Made by a program: the position numbers and the translations under genes. From assembly GCA_040752125.1 (NCBI GenBank), contig JBFMFK010000003.1, positions 19,034 through 83,033 of the forward strand: a DNA stretch of 64,000 nucleotides, written 5' to 3'. The stretch comes from Patescibacteria group bacterium. GTDB lineage: Bacteria; Patescibacteriota; Minisyncoccia; UBA9983. The notes below the pieces were generated by a model that saw only the letters and a list, made by a program, of their open reading frames with translations, was not told the DNA's origin and made no database searches. Of the stretch, positions 18,401 to 27,998 are shown piece after piece (positions within the stretch are counted from its first letter, which is position 1; each line of letters begins with the position of its first letter).

Positions 18401-20335
18401 AACACTACCACTGATTCTTCTTCTTGGGTCTATTATTCCACCAGCGCCTCGTTTACCAGTTCTTCTACAGAAGGCACTAATACTTTGGTTGGCACCTCAA
18501 CTGCCGGCTATTACCAGCACCGCGTAACCCTGACTGGACTGACAAAGAACACAACCTACTATTATTATGTTAAGTCAACTGACGCTAATTCTGACACTGC
18601 CACAGACACCAATGGCGGCAATTATTATACTTTTACCACTACTTATGACAATCAGCCGCCAGTGATTTCAGACATTACAGTTCCGGTCCGGGCATATAAC
18701 GCTTTGGTTGTTACCTGGAACACTGATGAAAACGCCAATACACGGCTGTATTATGATACTGTAAGTCATGTTGATTGTTCTGGATATTCTAATAGTTCAA
18801 CTTTAGACACCAACCTGACTATTTCCCATGCTGCGGCAATAACTTCCCTTATTGGAGAAACCGCTTATTATTACAGGGTTATTTCAGCTGACGCTAATGG
18901 CAACACCACTTGCTCTAGCGAGCAGGAGACCTCCACTGTGGCTGAGAATGAAATTATTACTGTTTATGTCGGCGGTGGAGGGCCTTCTACGCCTGTTGTT
19001 GTTGATACCACAGCCCCGGCTATTTCCAATATTAATGTCAGCGATATCTCGGCTTTTGGAGCAACAGTGAATTTTAGCATCAGCGAGCCAGCAGCAGGAT
19101 TTGTTCATTACGGCAAGGACACTAATTACGGATTTATTGCCGGTTCTGACACCTTGGCCTCCAGCCACAGCGTAAAATTAGCCGGCTTGCGCCTGGGCAC
19201 AGAATATCATTATAAAGTAACGGCTATGGACAAAGCCGGTAATGTGGGCCAGTCTTCAGACCAGACCTTTTCCACTCTTTTTGCTGCAGAGGCTCTGGAA
19301 GAATTAACGACTTTGGAAAATGCAGAGCAGTTCCAGGAGCAACTAGAAGGAATAATTGAGTCAGTTATGCCTTCCTTGGTTCCTCCTTTTGTGAGCAATG
19401 TCATAGTTGACAATATCACAGAAACTTCTGCTACGGTCAAATGGAAAACCAATATTCCTGCTTTCGGTTCTGTTTCCTATGCAAGTGATTCTGAATATAA
19501 TCAAGACAAGGAAAAACCATATGTGGTGGAAATTGTTGAGAGTACAAAAGAAAAAATTAAAGAACATACTCTAGAGCTGCGCGACCTCTCTCCCGCAACC
19601 AAATATCATCTTCAGGCAAAGTCTTATGTTTTTCCGGATGTGATAGGCAAATCCAAAGATTCTGAATTTTATACATTATCATCAAAGATAAAGCCGGAGA
19701 TCACAAGAGTGGGCAATACTGATGCTGAAGTGAGATGGGTGACTGCTAAAGAAACATCTTCTTTTGCCGAATACCGAAATCTTGCGACAAATAAATTAGG
19801 AAGGATGGGAGATGATAGAAGAGTTCAAAGTCACTTCTTAAAGATAGAAAATCTTGCTCCGGGAACAAATTATGAAATCAAGGTCTTTGGCTATGACCAA
19901 GACAATAATATTATTGAAGCTGATTCCATTACCATCAGGACCAAACAAGATATATCTCCGCCTGTTATTTCTTCCATCAGGATTGATAATGCCATGGTTC
20001 CCGGCAAAAGGGATAAACTTCAGACAGTGATCTCCTGGAAAACAGACGAATCATCCAATTCCCGAGTTTATTTTGAAGAAGGAATTGGAATTTCAGATAA
20101 GCTTACCAATAAGACTGGTCAAGAGAATGAATATACCACAGACCACATTGTCATCATTACCTCAATGAAGCCAGCCACAGTTTATAGAATCAAAGTTTCT
20201 TCCAGGGATGAGGCCGGCAATACAGCTGATTCTCCAATGAGGACCTTTTTGACTCCGCGCTCTGCAGAATCTGTTTTAGATGTCATTGTCCGCAATTTTG
20301 AGGAAAGCTTTGGATTCCTCAAGCGCCTGCGCTAA
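15443..20335 (+). CDS. Large secreted Ser/Thr-rich surface protein with an internal C-type-lectin-like (FISUMP-like) domain and multiple FN3-like repeats
   Basis: Signal peptide ending VEA; WITQNLGA...GWRLPT...YWSS...GFSVRCL domain; repeated W.T.E.S.S.V.Y...H.V.L.GL...T.YYY.V.S.D units. Confidence 0.85.
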   Translation: MRKFEKFLKKTLSIILLVILVSSALFANPQTVEAATFNWTQSNWSGGASANTASHPTNQTGWSYYASKDANLSAGASSLTLSTIASSTTQTTNADFNSGATSTTQVSNNSVVLAVETPGASCESSITVNHTAGAISPITTSITYGTVITNLTGSNKCWITQNLGASQQASSATDNTDASAGWYWQFNRKQGYAVGPTPAWTITSIDESSDWTSANDPCTIELGTGWRLPTYTEWANADGGWANYNDTYASVLKLHAAGGLFASSGGLYGRGATGLYWSSTQYISTLGYYLIFDSSSSNMGSDNNKASGFSVRCLTDNILGYYSSGTFTSNVINLGTNVNWGNLSWTETGTGTITMKARSCDDSACSGEAAFTSCSNITNGAALSTGNCVTNGHQYIQYQTALSTSDISFTPSLDDVTIGYNYYPSSQNLTSSKYDSSSDGNVIGGLAWDEDATLTSGTSVTLSLRTASSTVNLDSASWSDFTNATANCSKAGTRVTCTSSAIPSSMKDGSGDQWQQYKVTLTSTGANKPTVTSVILTYVVNARPEFDVPNTTASQISDSGSANWGKVQITYPIKDIDTTSGSITPGYVTPSFEYNTGSGWTTITSGYLNSGALDNKAVQEGSYTSHTAYWDAKTQIPSTYTTTGQIRITINDNEGANNSTSTTISNITIDTTNPTLSAFTLDSSADTLTISASDNSNLQYLISNNQDGSADGSNAISSSWQTVGGTSTSTTRAWAYSPDSTGYESVTIAYRDIYGNTATTTDIAPYQPKNFYYKDICNTAINDWREFLSWGVYTATTTSSWANYKVYRSTDGTTYSLLGTLSSDVNTNYYIDSSVASTTTYYYKVLITDSDGDISSFTDPVSDLPNGQGGSDSTAPLITSGPTVTETKSTWASIVWTTDEISNSVVEYGLTTSYGLTSTVNTMVTSHSVTLTGLTPNTTYYFRVKSTDIASNTVTSSGSSFVTTQGPIISSVTAESVTDNTASIVWNTTTDSSSWVYYSTSASFTSSSTEGTNTLVGTSTAGYYQHRVTLTGLTKNTTYYYYVKSTDANSDTATDTNGGNYYTFTTTYDNQPPVISDITVPVRAYNALVVTWNTDENANTRLYYDTVSHVDCSGYSNSSTLDTNLTISHAAAITSLIGETAYYYRVISADANGNTTCSSEQETSTVAENEIITVYVGGGGPSTPVVVDTTAPAISNINVSDISAFGATVNFSISEPAAGFVHYGKDTNYGFIAGSDTLASSHSVKLAGLRLGTEYHYKVTAMDKAGNVGQSSDQTFSTLFAAEALEELTTLENAEQFQEQLEGIIESVMPSLVPPFVSNVIVDNITETSATVKWKTNIPAFGSVSYASDSEYNQDKEKPYVVEIVESTKEKIKEHTLELRDLSPATKYHLQAKSYVFPDVIGKSKDSEFYTLSSKIKPEITRVGNTDAEVRWVTAKETSSFAEYRNLATNKLGRMGDDRRVQSHFLKIENLAPGTNYEIKVFGYDQDNNIIEADSITIRTKQDISPPVISSIRIDNAMVPGKRDKLQTVISWKTDESSNSRVYFEEGIGISDKLTNKTGQENEYTTDHIVIITSMKPATVYRIKVSSRDEAGNTADSPMRTFLTPRSAESVLDVIVRNFEESFGFLKRLR
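16214..16384 (+). other. Putative DGR variable region (VR) with invariant 3' end
   Basis: 35 of 47 codons in 16214-16354 end in C and only one in A, unlike flanking codons; ends in GFSVRCL. Confidence 0.75.
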
Positions 20336-20411
20336 CGTTAAAATCAGAAATTAAAAATCAAAACTCTTTGTAATTTGTTAAAAATATGTTATATTATATT
20401 TTTGACATTAT

Positions 20412-20482
20412 GGGCCTATAGTTTAGTGGCAGAACACCGCTTTTGCACAGCGGAAATGGCAGTTCGATTCTGCCTAGGTCCA
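20412..20482 (+). tRNA. tRNA-Ala(UGC), CCA not encoded
   Basis: Acceptor GGGCCTA/TAGGTCC with G3:U70; anticodon arm CCGCT-ttTGCac-AGCGG; GTTCGA T-loop. Confidence 0.93.
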
Positions 20483-20483
20483 A

Positions 20484-21185
20484 ATGCATCCTCTTTTTGA
20501 AGCGCACCTAGAGAGAAAGACATTTGATCATGGATACTTAATGTTGGGTGATTTTTCAGTTTCTCTTTCATATGTTATGGAAGCTGCAAAAGTTATTCTT
20601 GATCCTCCGGCTGGCAGATTAGACATTCATCCTGATTTTTTTCATTTTAGATTTGGCTCTTTCGGCATTGACAACAGCAGGGAAATAATTTATAAAGCCT
20701 CGCAGAAACCGCTTTTGGGAAGGGCAAAAGTTTTTATCATTGAAACAAACTCTTTCACAATAGAATCAGCCAATGCGCTTTTAAAAATAATGGAAGAACC
20801 AACCAAAAATACCTTTTTTTTCATCATTGCTTCAGCCAGAGAAAATATTATTCCTACGCTTTGTTCACGATTGACAATCATAAATAATTTTATATCTGAC
20901 ATAAAAATTGGTGGAGAAGAGAGGAAAATTTATGAAAAATTTTTTTCTGATCTGCCGACAAAAAGGATAAATTTAATAAAATCTTTTGAAAAAGACAGAC
21001 AAAGAGCCATAAAATTTCTTAACGGCCTAGAGATTTTTTTATCAGAAGAGTTAATTAGAAAGAAGAATATCTCTATCTCCGAAGCCTTAAAAGAGATAGC
21101 GAGGACACGCGGATTGATTTTGAGCAGAGCCGCCTCTGTCAAGATGATAATGGAACATCTTGCCTTAAGTTTACCGCAAATGTAA
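20484..21185 (+). CDS. holB: DNA polymerase III delta-prime-like protein (short)
   Basis: HPDF, KVFII, SANALLKIMEEP, IPTLCSR. Confidence 0.8.
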   Translation: MHPLFEAHLERKTFDHGYLMLGDFSVSLSYVMEAAKVILDPPAGRLDIHPDFFHFRFGSFGIDNSREIIYKASQKPLLGRAKVFIIETNSFTIESANALLKIMEEPTKNTFFFIIASARENIIPTLCSRLTIINNFISDIKIGGEERKIYEKFFSDLPTKRINLIKSFEKDRQRAIKFLNGLEIFLSEELIRKKNISISEALKEIARTRGLILSRAASVKMIMEHLALSLPQM

Positions 21186-21210
21186 AATAGGAATAATCAT
21201 CAAAAAGTTT

Positions 21211-21759
21211 ATGTATGATTTGTCAGCAATCAATAAAAAGGGTGCGGAAATGAAAGACTGGTTCAAAAAGGAAATAGGCTCATTGCGCACCGGCCGGGCC
21301 ACCCCAGCCTTAATGGAAAATATTTTTGTTGATGTCTATGGCAGTAAAAGCCTCGTCAAACAAGTCGCTTCAATTACTGTTGAAGATGCAAAGACTCTGC
21401 GCATTACGCCATGGGATGTTTCCTTGCTAAAAAATATTGAGAATGCACTGATGAACGCGAATTTCGGGAGCAATCCGATCGTTGATAAACAATCTGTCAG
21501 CATATCATTGCCTCAACTGACTGAAGAAAGGAGGAAGGCATTAGTAAAAATTGTCAATGAAAAGCTGGAGCAGGCAAAAATCTCTTTGAAGGTGGAGCGC
21601 GATGAATTATGGAGAGACATCCAAGAAAAAGAAAGGAAAGGCATCATTACCGAAGATGAAAAATTCAGATTAAAGGATAAATTACAGAAGGAACTTGCAA
21701 AAATTAATGATGAGCTCACAGAAATTGCTGTACGCAAAGAAGAAGAAATAATGAGTTAA
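21211..21759 (+). CDS. frr: Ribosome recycling factor
   Basis: LRTGRATP, ITPWD, LPQLTEERRK. Confidence 0.95.
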   Translation: MYDLSAINKKGAEMKDWFKKEIGSLRTGRATPALMENIFVDVYGSKSLVKQVASITVEDAKTLRITPWDVSLLKNIENALMNANFGSNPIVDKQSVSISLPQLTEERRKALVKIVNEKLEQAKISLKVERDELWRDIQEKERKGIITEDEKFRLKDKLQKELAKINDELTEIAVRKEEEIMS

Positions 21760-21765
21760 AAATTT

Positions 21766-22818
21766 ATGTCTATTATCTTATTTGTTTTTATTTTGGCTCT
21801 TTTAATTTTGTCCCACGAATTTGGACATTTTATTATTGCCAAGAAAAGCGGAGTGCGGGTAGATGAATTCGGTTTTGGATTTCCGCCCAGACTTTTAAAA
21901 TTCAAAAAGGGTGAGACAATTTACAGCATCAATCTTATTCCCTTTGGCGGATTTGTAAAGATATATGGAGAAGAAGGAGCGGAGAAGCAAGACCCAAGGA
22001 GTTTTGCTTCCAAACCAATTAGCATCAGGGCTTTGGTGATAGCAGCAGGCGTTATTTTCAATATTTTTCTTGGCTGGATTTTGATTTCCAGCGGATATAT
22101 GGTGGGCCTGCCCACCAGCGTCAGTTCTGCGCCAGCAGGTGCGGAAATAAGCGAGAGAAGCATTATTATTTTGGAAGTCAGGAACGGAACGCCAGCTGAA
22201 ATCGCTGATTTAAAAGCAGGCGACAAAATTCTTGGTTTTAATTCCATTGAAGAATTCCAAAGTTTTGTTGCAGAAAATAAGGGCAGGGAAGTGAAATTAA
22301 ATTACCAAAGAGGCGAAGAGAATTTTTCGGCAAAAATTACACCAAGAGCAGATCCTCCTCAAGGTCAAGGGTCTTTGGGGATTAGTTTGGATGAAATTGG
22401 GATTGTGAAAATTCCTTGGTATCGGGCGGTGTGGGAAGGGGCAAAGGTAACTTACAATTTGCTTATTACAATCGCTGTTTCCATTTATATGTTTGTTGCC
22501 AATGCCATCAAAGGTCTGGCGGGATTTGAGCAGGTCTTGGGGCCGGTGGGAATTGTTACCGTAACCGGCACTGTGGCAAAAATGGGGTTTGCTTATATTT
22601 TGAATTTTGTCGCTTTGCTTTCTATCAATTTAGCTATCATTAATATCCTGCCTTTTCCGTCATTGGACGGCGGCCGGCTGTTGTTTCTGGCAATAGAGAA
22701 AATAAAGGGATCGCCAGTTAATCCGAAAATCAGCGGCATTATCCATAGCATCGGCCTGGCATTGCTTTTAATTCTTATGCTCGCCATAACCTACCATGAT
22801 ATCATGAGGTTGATATAG
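21766..22818 (+). CDS. rseP: RseP/site-2 M50 metalloprotease with PDZ
   Basis: HEFGH, GGFVKI, NILPFPSLDGG. Confidence 0.93.
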   Translation: MSIILFVFILALLILSHEFGHFIIAKKSGVRVDEFGFGFPPRLLKFKKGETIYSINLIPFGGFVKIYGEEGAEKQDPRSFASKPISIRALVIAAGVIFNIFLGWILISSGYMVGLPTSVSSAPAGAEISERSIIILEVRNGTPAEIADLKAGDKILGFNSIEEFQSFVAENKGREVKLNYQRGEENFSAKITPRADPPQGQGSLGISLDEIGIVKIPWYRAVWEGAKVTYNLLITIAVSIYMFVANAIKGLAGFEQVLGPVGIVTVTGTVAKMGFAYILNFVALLSINLAIINILPFPSLDGGRLLFLAIEKIKGSPVNPKISGIIHSIGLALLLILMLAITYHDIMRLI

Positions 22819-22835
22819 TCAACGACTCGTCGATG

Positions 22836-22915
22836 ACTCGACAACGGTTGTCGAGTTTGTAATAAAGGGTGCAACTACGATGCGATCGCATTTGTTCGAC
22901 TTCCGAAGTCGAACA
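22836..22915. repeat. Cluster of three different short palindromes
   Basis: ACTCGACAAC-G-GTTGTCGAGT (22836-56); ...TGCGATCGCA (22868-93); TGTTCGACTTC-C-GAAGTCGAACA (22893-915). Confidence 0.85.
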
Positions 22916-22974
22916 TTAGTCGATAATCTTAATGGTTTTGACTATTGGATTTTTTTAATGTAAAATTTAAAACA

Positions 22975-24231
22975 ATGAGACAATCAAAGCTATTCCCAAA
23001 AACATTGAGAGAAGATCCAAAGGATGAAGTTTCCATCAATGCCAAGCTCCTGATAAGGGGCGGCTTTATAGATAAATTAATGGGAGGAGTTTACAGTTTT
23101 CTTCCCTTAGGATTTTGTGTCCTTAAAAAAATAGAGAATATTATAAGAGAAGAAATGGAAGCCGCAGGAGGACAGGAGATACTGATGCCGGTTATTCAAC
23201 CAAAAGAGAATTGGCTAATAACTAAAAGATGGGACACTTATGATACCTTATTTAAGTTTGCGAGTTTTTATTCAAAAACAGAATTTGCTCTCGGTCCCAC
23301 CCATGAAGAAATTATTTCTCCTTTGGTAGGCAAATTCTCTTTATCTTATAAAAATCTTCCACTTTATCTTTTTCAAATTCAAACTAAATTAAGAGATGAG
23401 AAAAGAGTTAAGGCCGGCATTCTGCGCGGCAGAGAATTTATAATGAAAGATCTCTATTCTTTTCATACTGATGAGAAAGACCTTGATAGATATTATGAAA
23501 AAATGAAAAAACATTATATGAATATATTCAAGAAATGCGGGGTAGGTGACAAAACTTTTATCACATTTGCTTCAGGAGGAACTTTTTCAAAATATTCCCA
23601 TGAATTTCAGACTGTCACAGAGGCAGGAGAAGATAAAATTTTTATTTGCGATAGCCATGCGGGGAAGCAAAATTCCAACAAAGGTTGCCAGACTGCAATC
23701 AATAAAGAAATATTTGACGAACAAAACTTTTGTCCGGTTTGCAAGGGTAAGAAATTCAAAGAAAAAAAAGCCATAGAAATAGGCAATATTTTCAAGTTAA
23801 AAACCAAATACTCTTCCCCTTTTGGTTTAAAATTCACAGATAAAGATGGAAATAATAAAGATGTTATCATGGGATGCTATGGCATAGGTTTAGGTCGGCT
23901 TTTGGGAGCAATCGTAGAAGTGCATCATGATTCAAAAGGTATCATCTGGCCGGAATCGGTTTCTCCCTTTAAGATTCATCTTTTGGAGCTTGATAGGAGT
24001 GTTAGAGACCTTTATGCGTATTTAAACAAAAACGGCATAGAGGTATTATATGATGACAGAAAAGATGTTACTGCAGGAGAAAAATTCAATGACGCGGATT
24101 TGCTGGGAATACCATATAGAGTAATAGTCAGTAAAAAAACTTTAAAGGCCGGGAAAATAGAAGTAAAAAAAAGAGGATCAGAAAAACCAAAATTGATTTT
24201 AAAAAAAGATTTGTTGAGATATGTTAAATAA
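22975..24231 (+). CDS. proS: Proline--tRNA ligase (short form, no editing insert)
   Basis: LGPTHEE, RGREFIMKDLYSF, MGCYGIG; ATG 22975 preferred over TTG 22945. Confidence 0.95.
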   Translation: MRQSKLFPKTLREDPKDEVSINAKLLIRGGFIDKLMGGVYSFLPLGFCVLKKIENIIREEMEAAGGQEILMPVIQPKENWLITKRWDTYDTLFKFASFYSKTEFALGPTHEEIISPLVGKFSLSYKNLPLYLFQIQTKLRDEKRVKAGILRGREFIMKDLYSFHTDEKDLDRYYEKMKKHYMNIFKKCGVGDKTFITFASGGTFSKYSHEFQTVTEAGEDKIFICDSHAGKQNSNKGCQTAINKEIFDEQNFCPVCKGKKFKEKKAIEIGNIFKLKTKYSSPFGLKFTDKDGNNKDVIMGCYGIGLGRLLGAIVEVHHDSKGIIWPESVSPFKIHLLELDRSVRDLYAYLNKNGIEVLYDDRKDVTAGEKFNDADLLGIPYRVIVSKKTLKAGKIEVKKRGSEKPKLILKKDLLRYVK

Positions 24232-25273
24232 ATTTTATGAACTTTTTTCAAGCGACATTGGTATTGATTTAGGTACGGCTAATACCTTGGTTTATGTCAA
24301 GGGGCGGGGAATTATAATCAATGAACCTTCCATTGTTGCCATCAATAAAAAAACAGATCAGGTGGTGGCCATAGGCAATGATGCCAAAAAAATGTTGGGA
24401 AGAACACCAGCACATATTGAAGTGATTAGGCCGTTGGTAGAAGGAGTTATCTCTGATTTTGAAATTACCGAAGAAATGCTGAGATATTTTATTAAAAAAA
24501 TCCATCAAGGCAGTTCTAAGATTTTTGCCCGGCCGCAGATAGTTATCGGTGTTCCTTCAGGAATCACTAATGTAGAAATCAGGGCGGTGCGCGATGCTGC
24601 TACAAATGCCGGAGCCCGCACTGTTCATATTGTGGAAGAACCAATAGCAGCTGCCATCGGAGTGAGATTGCCAATTTATGATCCTATCGGCAATATAGTG
24701 ATAGATATCGGAGGCGGAACAACAGACATCGCTATTATCTCATTGGGGGGCATTGTCATTTCAAAAAATATGAGGATTGCCGGAGATAGATTTAATGAAG
24801 ATATAATCAATTATATGAGAGATGAATTTAAGATGTTGATTGGTGAAAGAACTGCTGAAGATATCAAGATAGCCACCGGTTCTGTTGCCAAATCCAGCGA
24901 GGGGATAGAGACAATAGTTAGAGGAAGAGACCTTGTGAGCGGCTTGCCAAGAGAGGTTATCATTACAGATTCAGATATCAGAGAGGCCATCATAAAATCT
25001 GTAAAACTTCTAATAAAGGCAACCAAAGAAGTAATAGAAGAAACACCGCCTGAACTTATTTCAGATATAATGCACAGAGGAATTGTTATGGTCGGAGGAG
25101 GGTCGTTTTTGCGGGGCCTGGCTAAAACCTTTGAATCAGAAATTAAAATCCCTGTATTTATCCCTGAAGATCCTCTAACAGCAGTGGTTAGGGGCACAGG
25201 GATTATCCTTGAAGATTTAAATAGATTTAAAGATATCCTTATTCAGCATGAAGACGATTTACCACCGCACTAA
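24221..25273 (+). CDS. mreB: Rod shape-determining protein MreB
   Basis: IDLGTANTLV, DIGGGTTD. Confidence 0.97.
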   Translation: MLNKFYELFSSDIGIDLGTANTLVYVKGRGIIINEPSIVAINKKTDQVVAIGNDAKKMLGRTPAHIEVIRPLVEGVISDFEITEEMLRYFIKKIHQGSSKIFARPQIVIGVPSGITNVEIRAVRDAATNAGARTVHIVEEPIAAAIGVRLPIYDPIGNIVIDIGGGTTDIAIISLGGIVISKNMRIAGDRFNEDIINYMRDEFKMLIGERTAEDIKIATGSVAKSSEGIETIVRGRDLVSGLPREVIITDSDIREAIIKSVKLLIKATKEVIEETPPELISDIMHRGIVMVGGGSFLRGLAKTFESEIKIPVFIPEDPLTAVVRGTGIILEDLNRFKDILIQHEDDLPPH

Positions 25274-26054
25274 GATTAAGGGCATCAAGAAGCTTATTGT
25301 CATAGCCTTAATCTTAATTTTTATTTTTTTCATTTCCCAATCAGATTATCTCAAATCAAAATTTTCAAATTTTTTTCTGACAGCAGCAAAGCCGTTCTGG
25401 AAAATCAGCCTTGTCTCTAAAGATTGGCTTAACAAAAATTTGTCTGGATTTAAAGAAAAAGCATTGCTTGCAGAGCAGAATGAAAGATTAAAAAGCAAGA
25501 TTCAGGAATTGGAAGCAAAATTTATCAATTACAGTATTTTAGAAAAAGAGAATCAAGATCTTAAAGAGGCTCTTTCGCGCTTTCAAGAGAAAAATCAAAA
25601 ATATATTTTGGCCAATATACTGGCGAGACCGCCGCAGACCGGCTTTGATGTTTTGATTATAGATGTTGGTTCATTGAACGGAATCCAACAGGGTATGAGA
25701 GTGATAGCCTACGATGATATTTTGTTTGGATATATTAATGAAGTCTTTTCAAAAACCAGCAAAGTAACATTGATTTCTTCTCCTTCAAAAGAGAATGATG
25801 TATTTATACAAACAGACCGCCAGGATCAAATTTTTACTATTGCCAAGGGGAGAGGAGGTGGAAATCTTGAAATCAAACTGCCTGTTTCCATTGACATCAA
25901 GGAAGGAAATCCAATTTTGTCTGTAGGTACTTTTCCTTTGGTAATTGGCGTTGTCTCTAAAATAGAAAAAAACCAAGCTGATCCTTTTCAGAAAATTTTT
26001 TTCCGCCTCCCAATTAACATTCAACAGTTGCGCTATGTCTTTATAGAGAAATAA
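25248..26054 (+). CDS. mreC: Rod shape-determining protein MreC
   Basis: TM + coiled coil (ENQDLK) + IIDVGS..GI..GM; follows mreB. Confidence 0.88.
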   Translation: MKTIYHRTKIKGIKKLIVIALILIFIFFISQSDYLKSKFSNFFLTAAKPFWKISLVSKDWLNKNLSGFKEKALLAEQNERLKSKIQELEAKFINYSILEKENQDLKEALSRFQEKNQKYILANILARPPQTGFDVLIIDVGSLNGIQQGMRVIAYDDILFGYINEVFSKTSKVTLISSPSKENDVFIQTDRQDQIFTIAKGRGGGNLEIKLPVSIDIKEGNPILSVGTFPLVIGVVSKIEKNQADPFQKIFFRLPINIQQLRYVFIEK

Positions 26055-26055
26055 C

Positions 26056-26298
26056 ATGATTAAAAGGATAATCAGTGATATCATTCTATTCTTTAGCATT
26101 TTTTGGCTAGCCTGGTATTGGACGGTTTTGATTATTCTTATCTTTATGATTTTTTTTGAAGACTACTGGGAAGGTGTGGCCGCAACATTTTTTATGGATA
26201 TTCTTTTTTCCAAAAGCTTTGGCATTTTCACCGTTCTCTCTCTTATTTTCTTCTTTTTTATTGGTAAAATGAGAACAAACATCAGATATGGTCTTTAA
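26056..26298 (+). CDS. Small membrane protein in mreD position
   Basis: Hydrophobic 80 aa between mreC and PBP2. Confidence 0.55.
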   Translation: MIKRIISDIILFFSIFWLAWYWTVLIILIFMIFFEDYWEGVAATFFMDILFSKSFGIFTVLSLIFFFFIGKMRTNIRYGL

Positions 26299-27970
26299 TT
26301 TTAGAAAAAAGAAACAAAAACCCATAGAAATTTATCCTGACGAGATCTTTCTTGATTCAAAAAATATTCCGCAATTTGACGTTTACCAGTTTGAAGGGAG
26401 GATTGAAAAACCCATTGGCAAAAGAACTTTTATCACTATGACCGTATTTTTTATTATGGTTGGTATTTTTTTTGTCGGCGAGCTTTTTTCTATACAAATT
26501 CTAGAAGGAAAAACTCTTAGGGAAAGAAGTGAGAAAAATAGTCTTAGAATAGATTATATTTTGGCAAATAGAGGCATTATTTTTGACAGAAACGGAGAAA
26601 CTTTGGCGTGGAACGAACCTGATGCCAGATTATATATAGATTGGAACGGCCTCAGTCATGTGTTGGGATATGTCGGCCTGCCCTCGGAAGAAGATTTGCA
26701 AAAGATTGATAATCTTCCACTGAAGCAGATTTTAGGCAAAGATGGAATAGAAAAAAGATACAATGATATTCTAGGAGGAAAACCGGGAATGAAAATAGTT
26801 GAGACAGATGTAGAAAATAATATTATATCAGAAAGCATACAGAATCATCCGGAAGAAGGAAAAAATATAAAATTAACCATTGATGCCAAATTGCAATCGC
26901 AATTTTTTAATATCATGGAATCTGTTATGAAAGACAGAGGATTCCATGGCGGGAGCGGAATCATTATCAATGTTAATAACGGCGAGATCTTATCGCTTGT
27001 GAGCTGTCCGGAATATGACTCTGAAATTCTTTCAAAAGGTGAACCCGAAGAAAAGATAATGGAATTTTTAAATGATGCCAATAAGCCTTTTCTTAATCGC
27101 GTCATAGCTGGTCTTTACGCTCCAGGATCAATCATTAAGCCATTGATTGCCATTGCCGCTCTTAATGAAAATATAATTTCTTCACAAAAACAAATTTTTA
27201 GCGCGGGATATATCTCTATTCCTAATCCTTTTTTCCCTGACAAGCAAAGTATATTCAAAGATTGGAAGACGCACGGCTGGATTGATATGAGAAAGGCGAT
27301 CGCTGTCTCTTCAGATGTATATTTTTACGAAATTGGAGGAGGATTTGAAGAGCAAAGAGGTCTTGGTATTAAAAAAATTGAAGATTACACAAAATTATTT
27401 GGGCTTGATTCGTTAACAGGAGTAGATCTCTATGGCGAAGAAATCGGTATCGTGCCCAATCCTGATCTAAAAGAAAAATTTGAACCTAATGACCCTATTT
27501 GGAGAATAGGAGATACTTATAATGCCAGCATCGGCCAAGGATATTTCCAGGTAACACCTGTAGAGATGGCAATTTATGCATCAGCTATTGCCAACAAAGG
27601 AAAGATTATCAAACCTCATCTTATTCTTGAAGATAACATTCAAGACTACACACTGCGAAGTTTAAATATATCAGAAGATTATTTTAATATTATCCATGAG
27701 GGTATGCGATTGTCAGTCAAAGAGGGGACCGCCAGTGCATTGAATGTTTTTGGTGCAGAGATTGCTGCTAAAACCGGTACAGCTGAGATAGGAGCTGGTA
27801 AAAAATATGTTAATTCTTGGGTGATAGGATTTTTCCCTTATGATCATCCACAGTATGCTTTTGCAGTTGTTATGGAAAAAGGACCTTCTGCCAATCTTGT
27901 AGGCTCGCCCTATGTAATCCGTCAGTTAATTGATTGGATGACTATCTATACCCCTCAATATTTGAAGTAG
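26288..27970 (+). CDS. mrdA: Penicillin-binding protein 2
   Basis: RGIIFDRNG, GSIIK (SxxK), SSD, KTGT; in mre cluster. Confidence 0.9.
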   Translation: MVFNFRKKKQKPIEIYPDEIFLDSKNIPQFDVYQFEGRIEKPIGKRTFITMTVFFIMVGIFFVGELFSIQILEGKTLRERSEKNSLRIDYILANRGIIFDRNGETLAWNEPDARLYIDWNGLSHVLGYVGLPSEEDLQKIDNLPLKQILGKDGIEKRYNDILGGKPGMKIVETDVENNIISESIQNHPEEGKNIKLTIDAKLQSQFFNIMESVMKDRGFHGGSGIIINVNNGEILSLVSCPEYDSEILSKGEPEEKIMEFLNDANKPFLNRVIAGLYAPGSIIKPLIAIAALNENIISSQKQIFSAGYISIPNPFFPDKQSIFKDWKTHGWIDMRKAIAVSSDVYFYEIGGGFEEQRGLGIKKIEDYTKLFGLDSLTGVDLYGEEIGIVPNPDLKEKFEPNDPIWRIGDTYNASIGQGYFQVTPVEMAIYASAIANKGKIIKPHLILEDNIQDYTLRSLNISEDYFNIIHEGMRLSVKEGTASALNVFGAEIAAKTGTAEIGAGKKYVNSWVIGFFPYDHPQYAFAVVMEKGPSANLVGSPYVIRQLIDWMTIYTPQYLK

Positions 27971-27998
27971 TTATTTGAATAAATTATAATCTATAAAT

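Noticed and set aside
15443-20335. Complete DGR in the window
   Set aside because: No reverse transcriptase, avd or AAC-rich template repeat was found by eye; only the target is supported.
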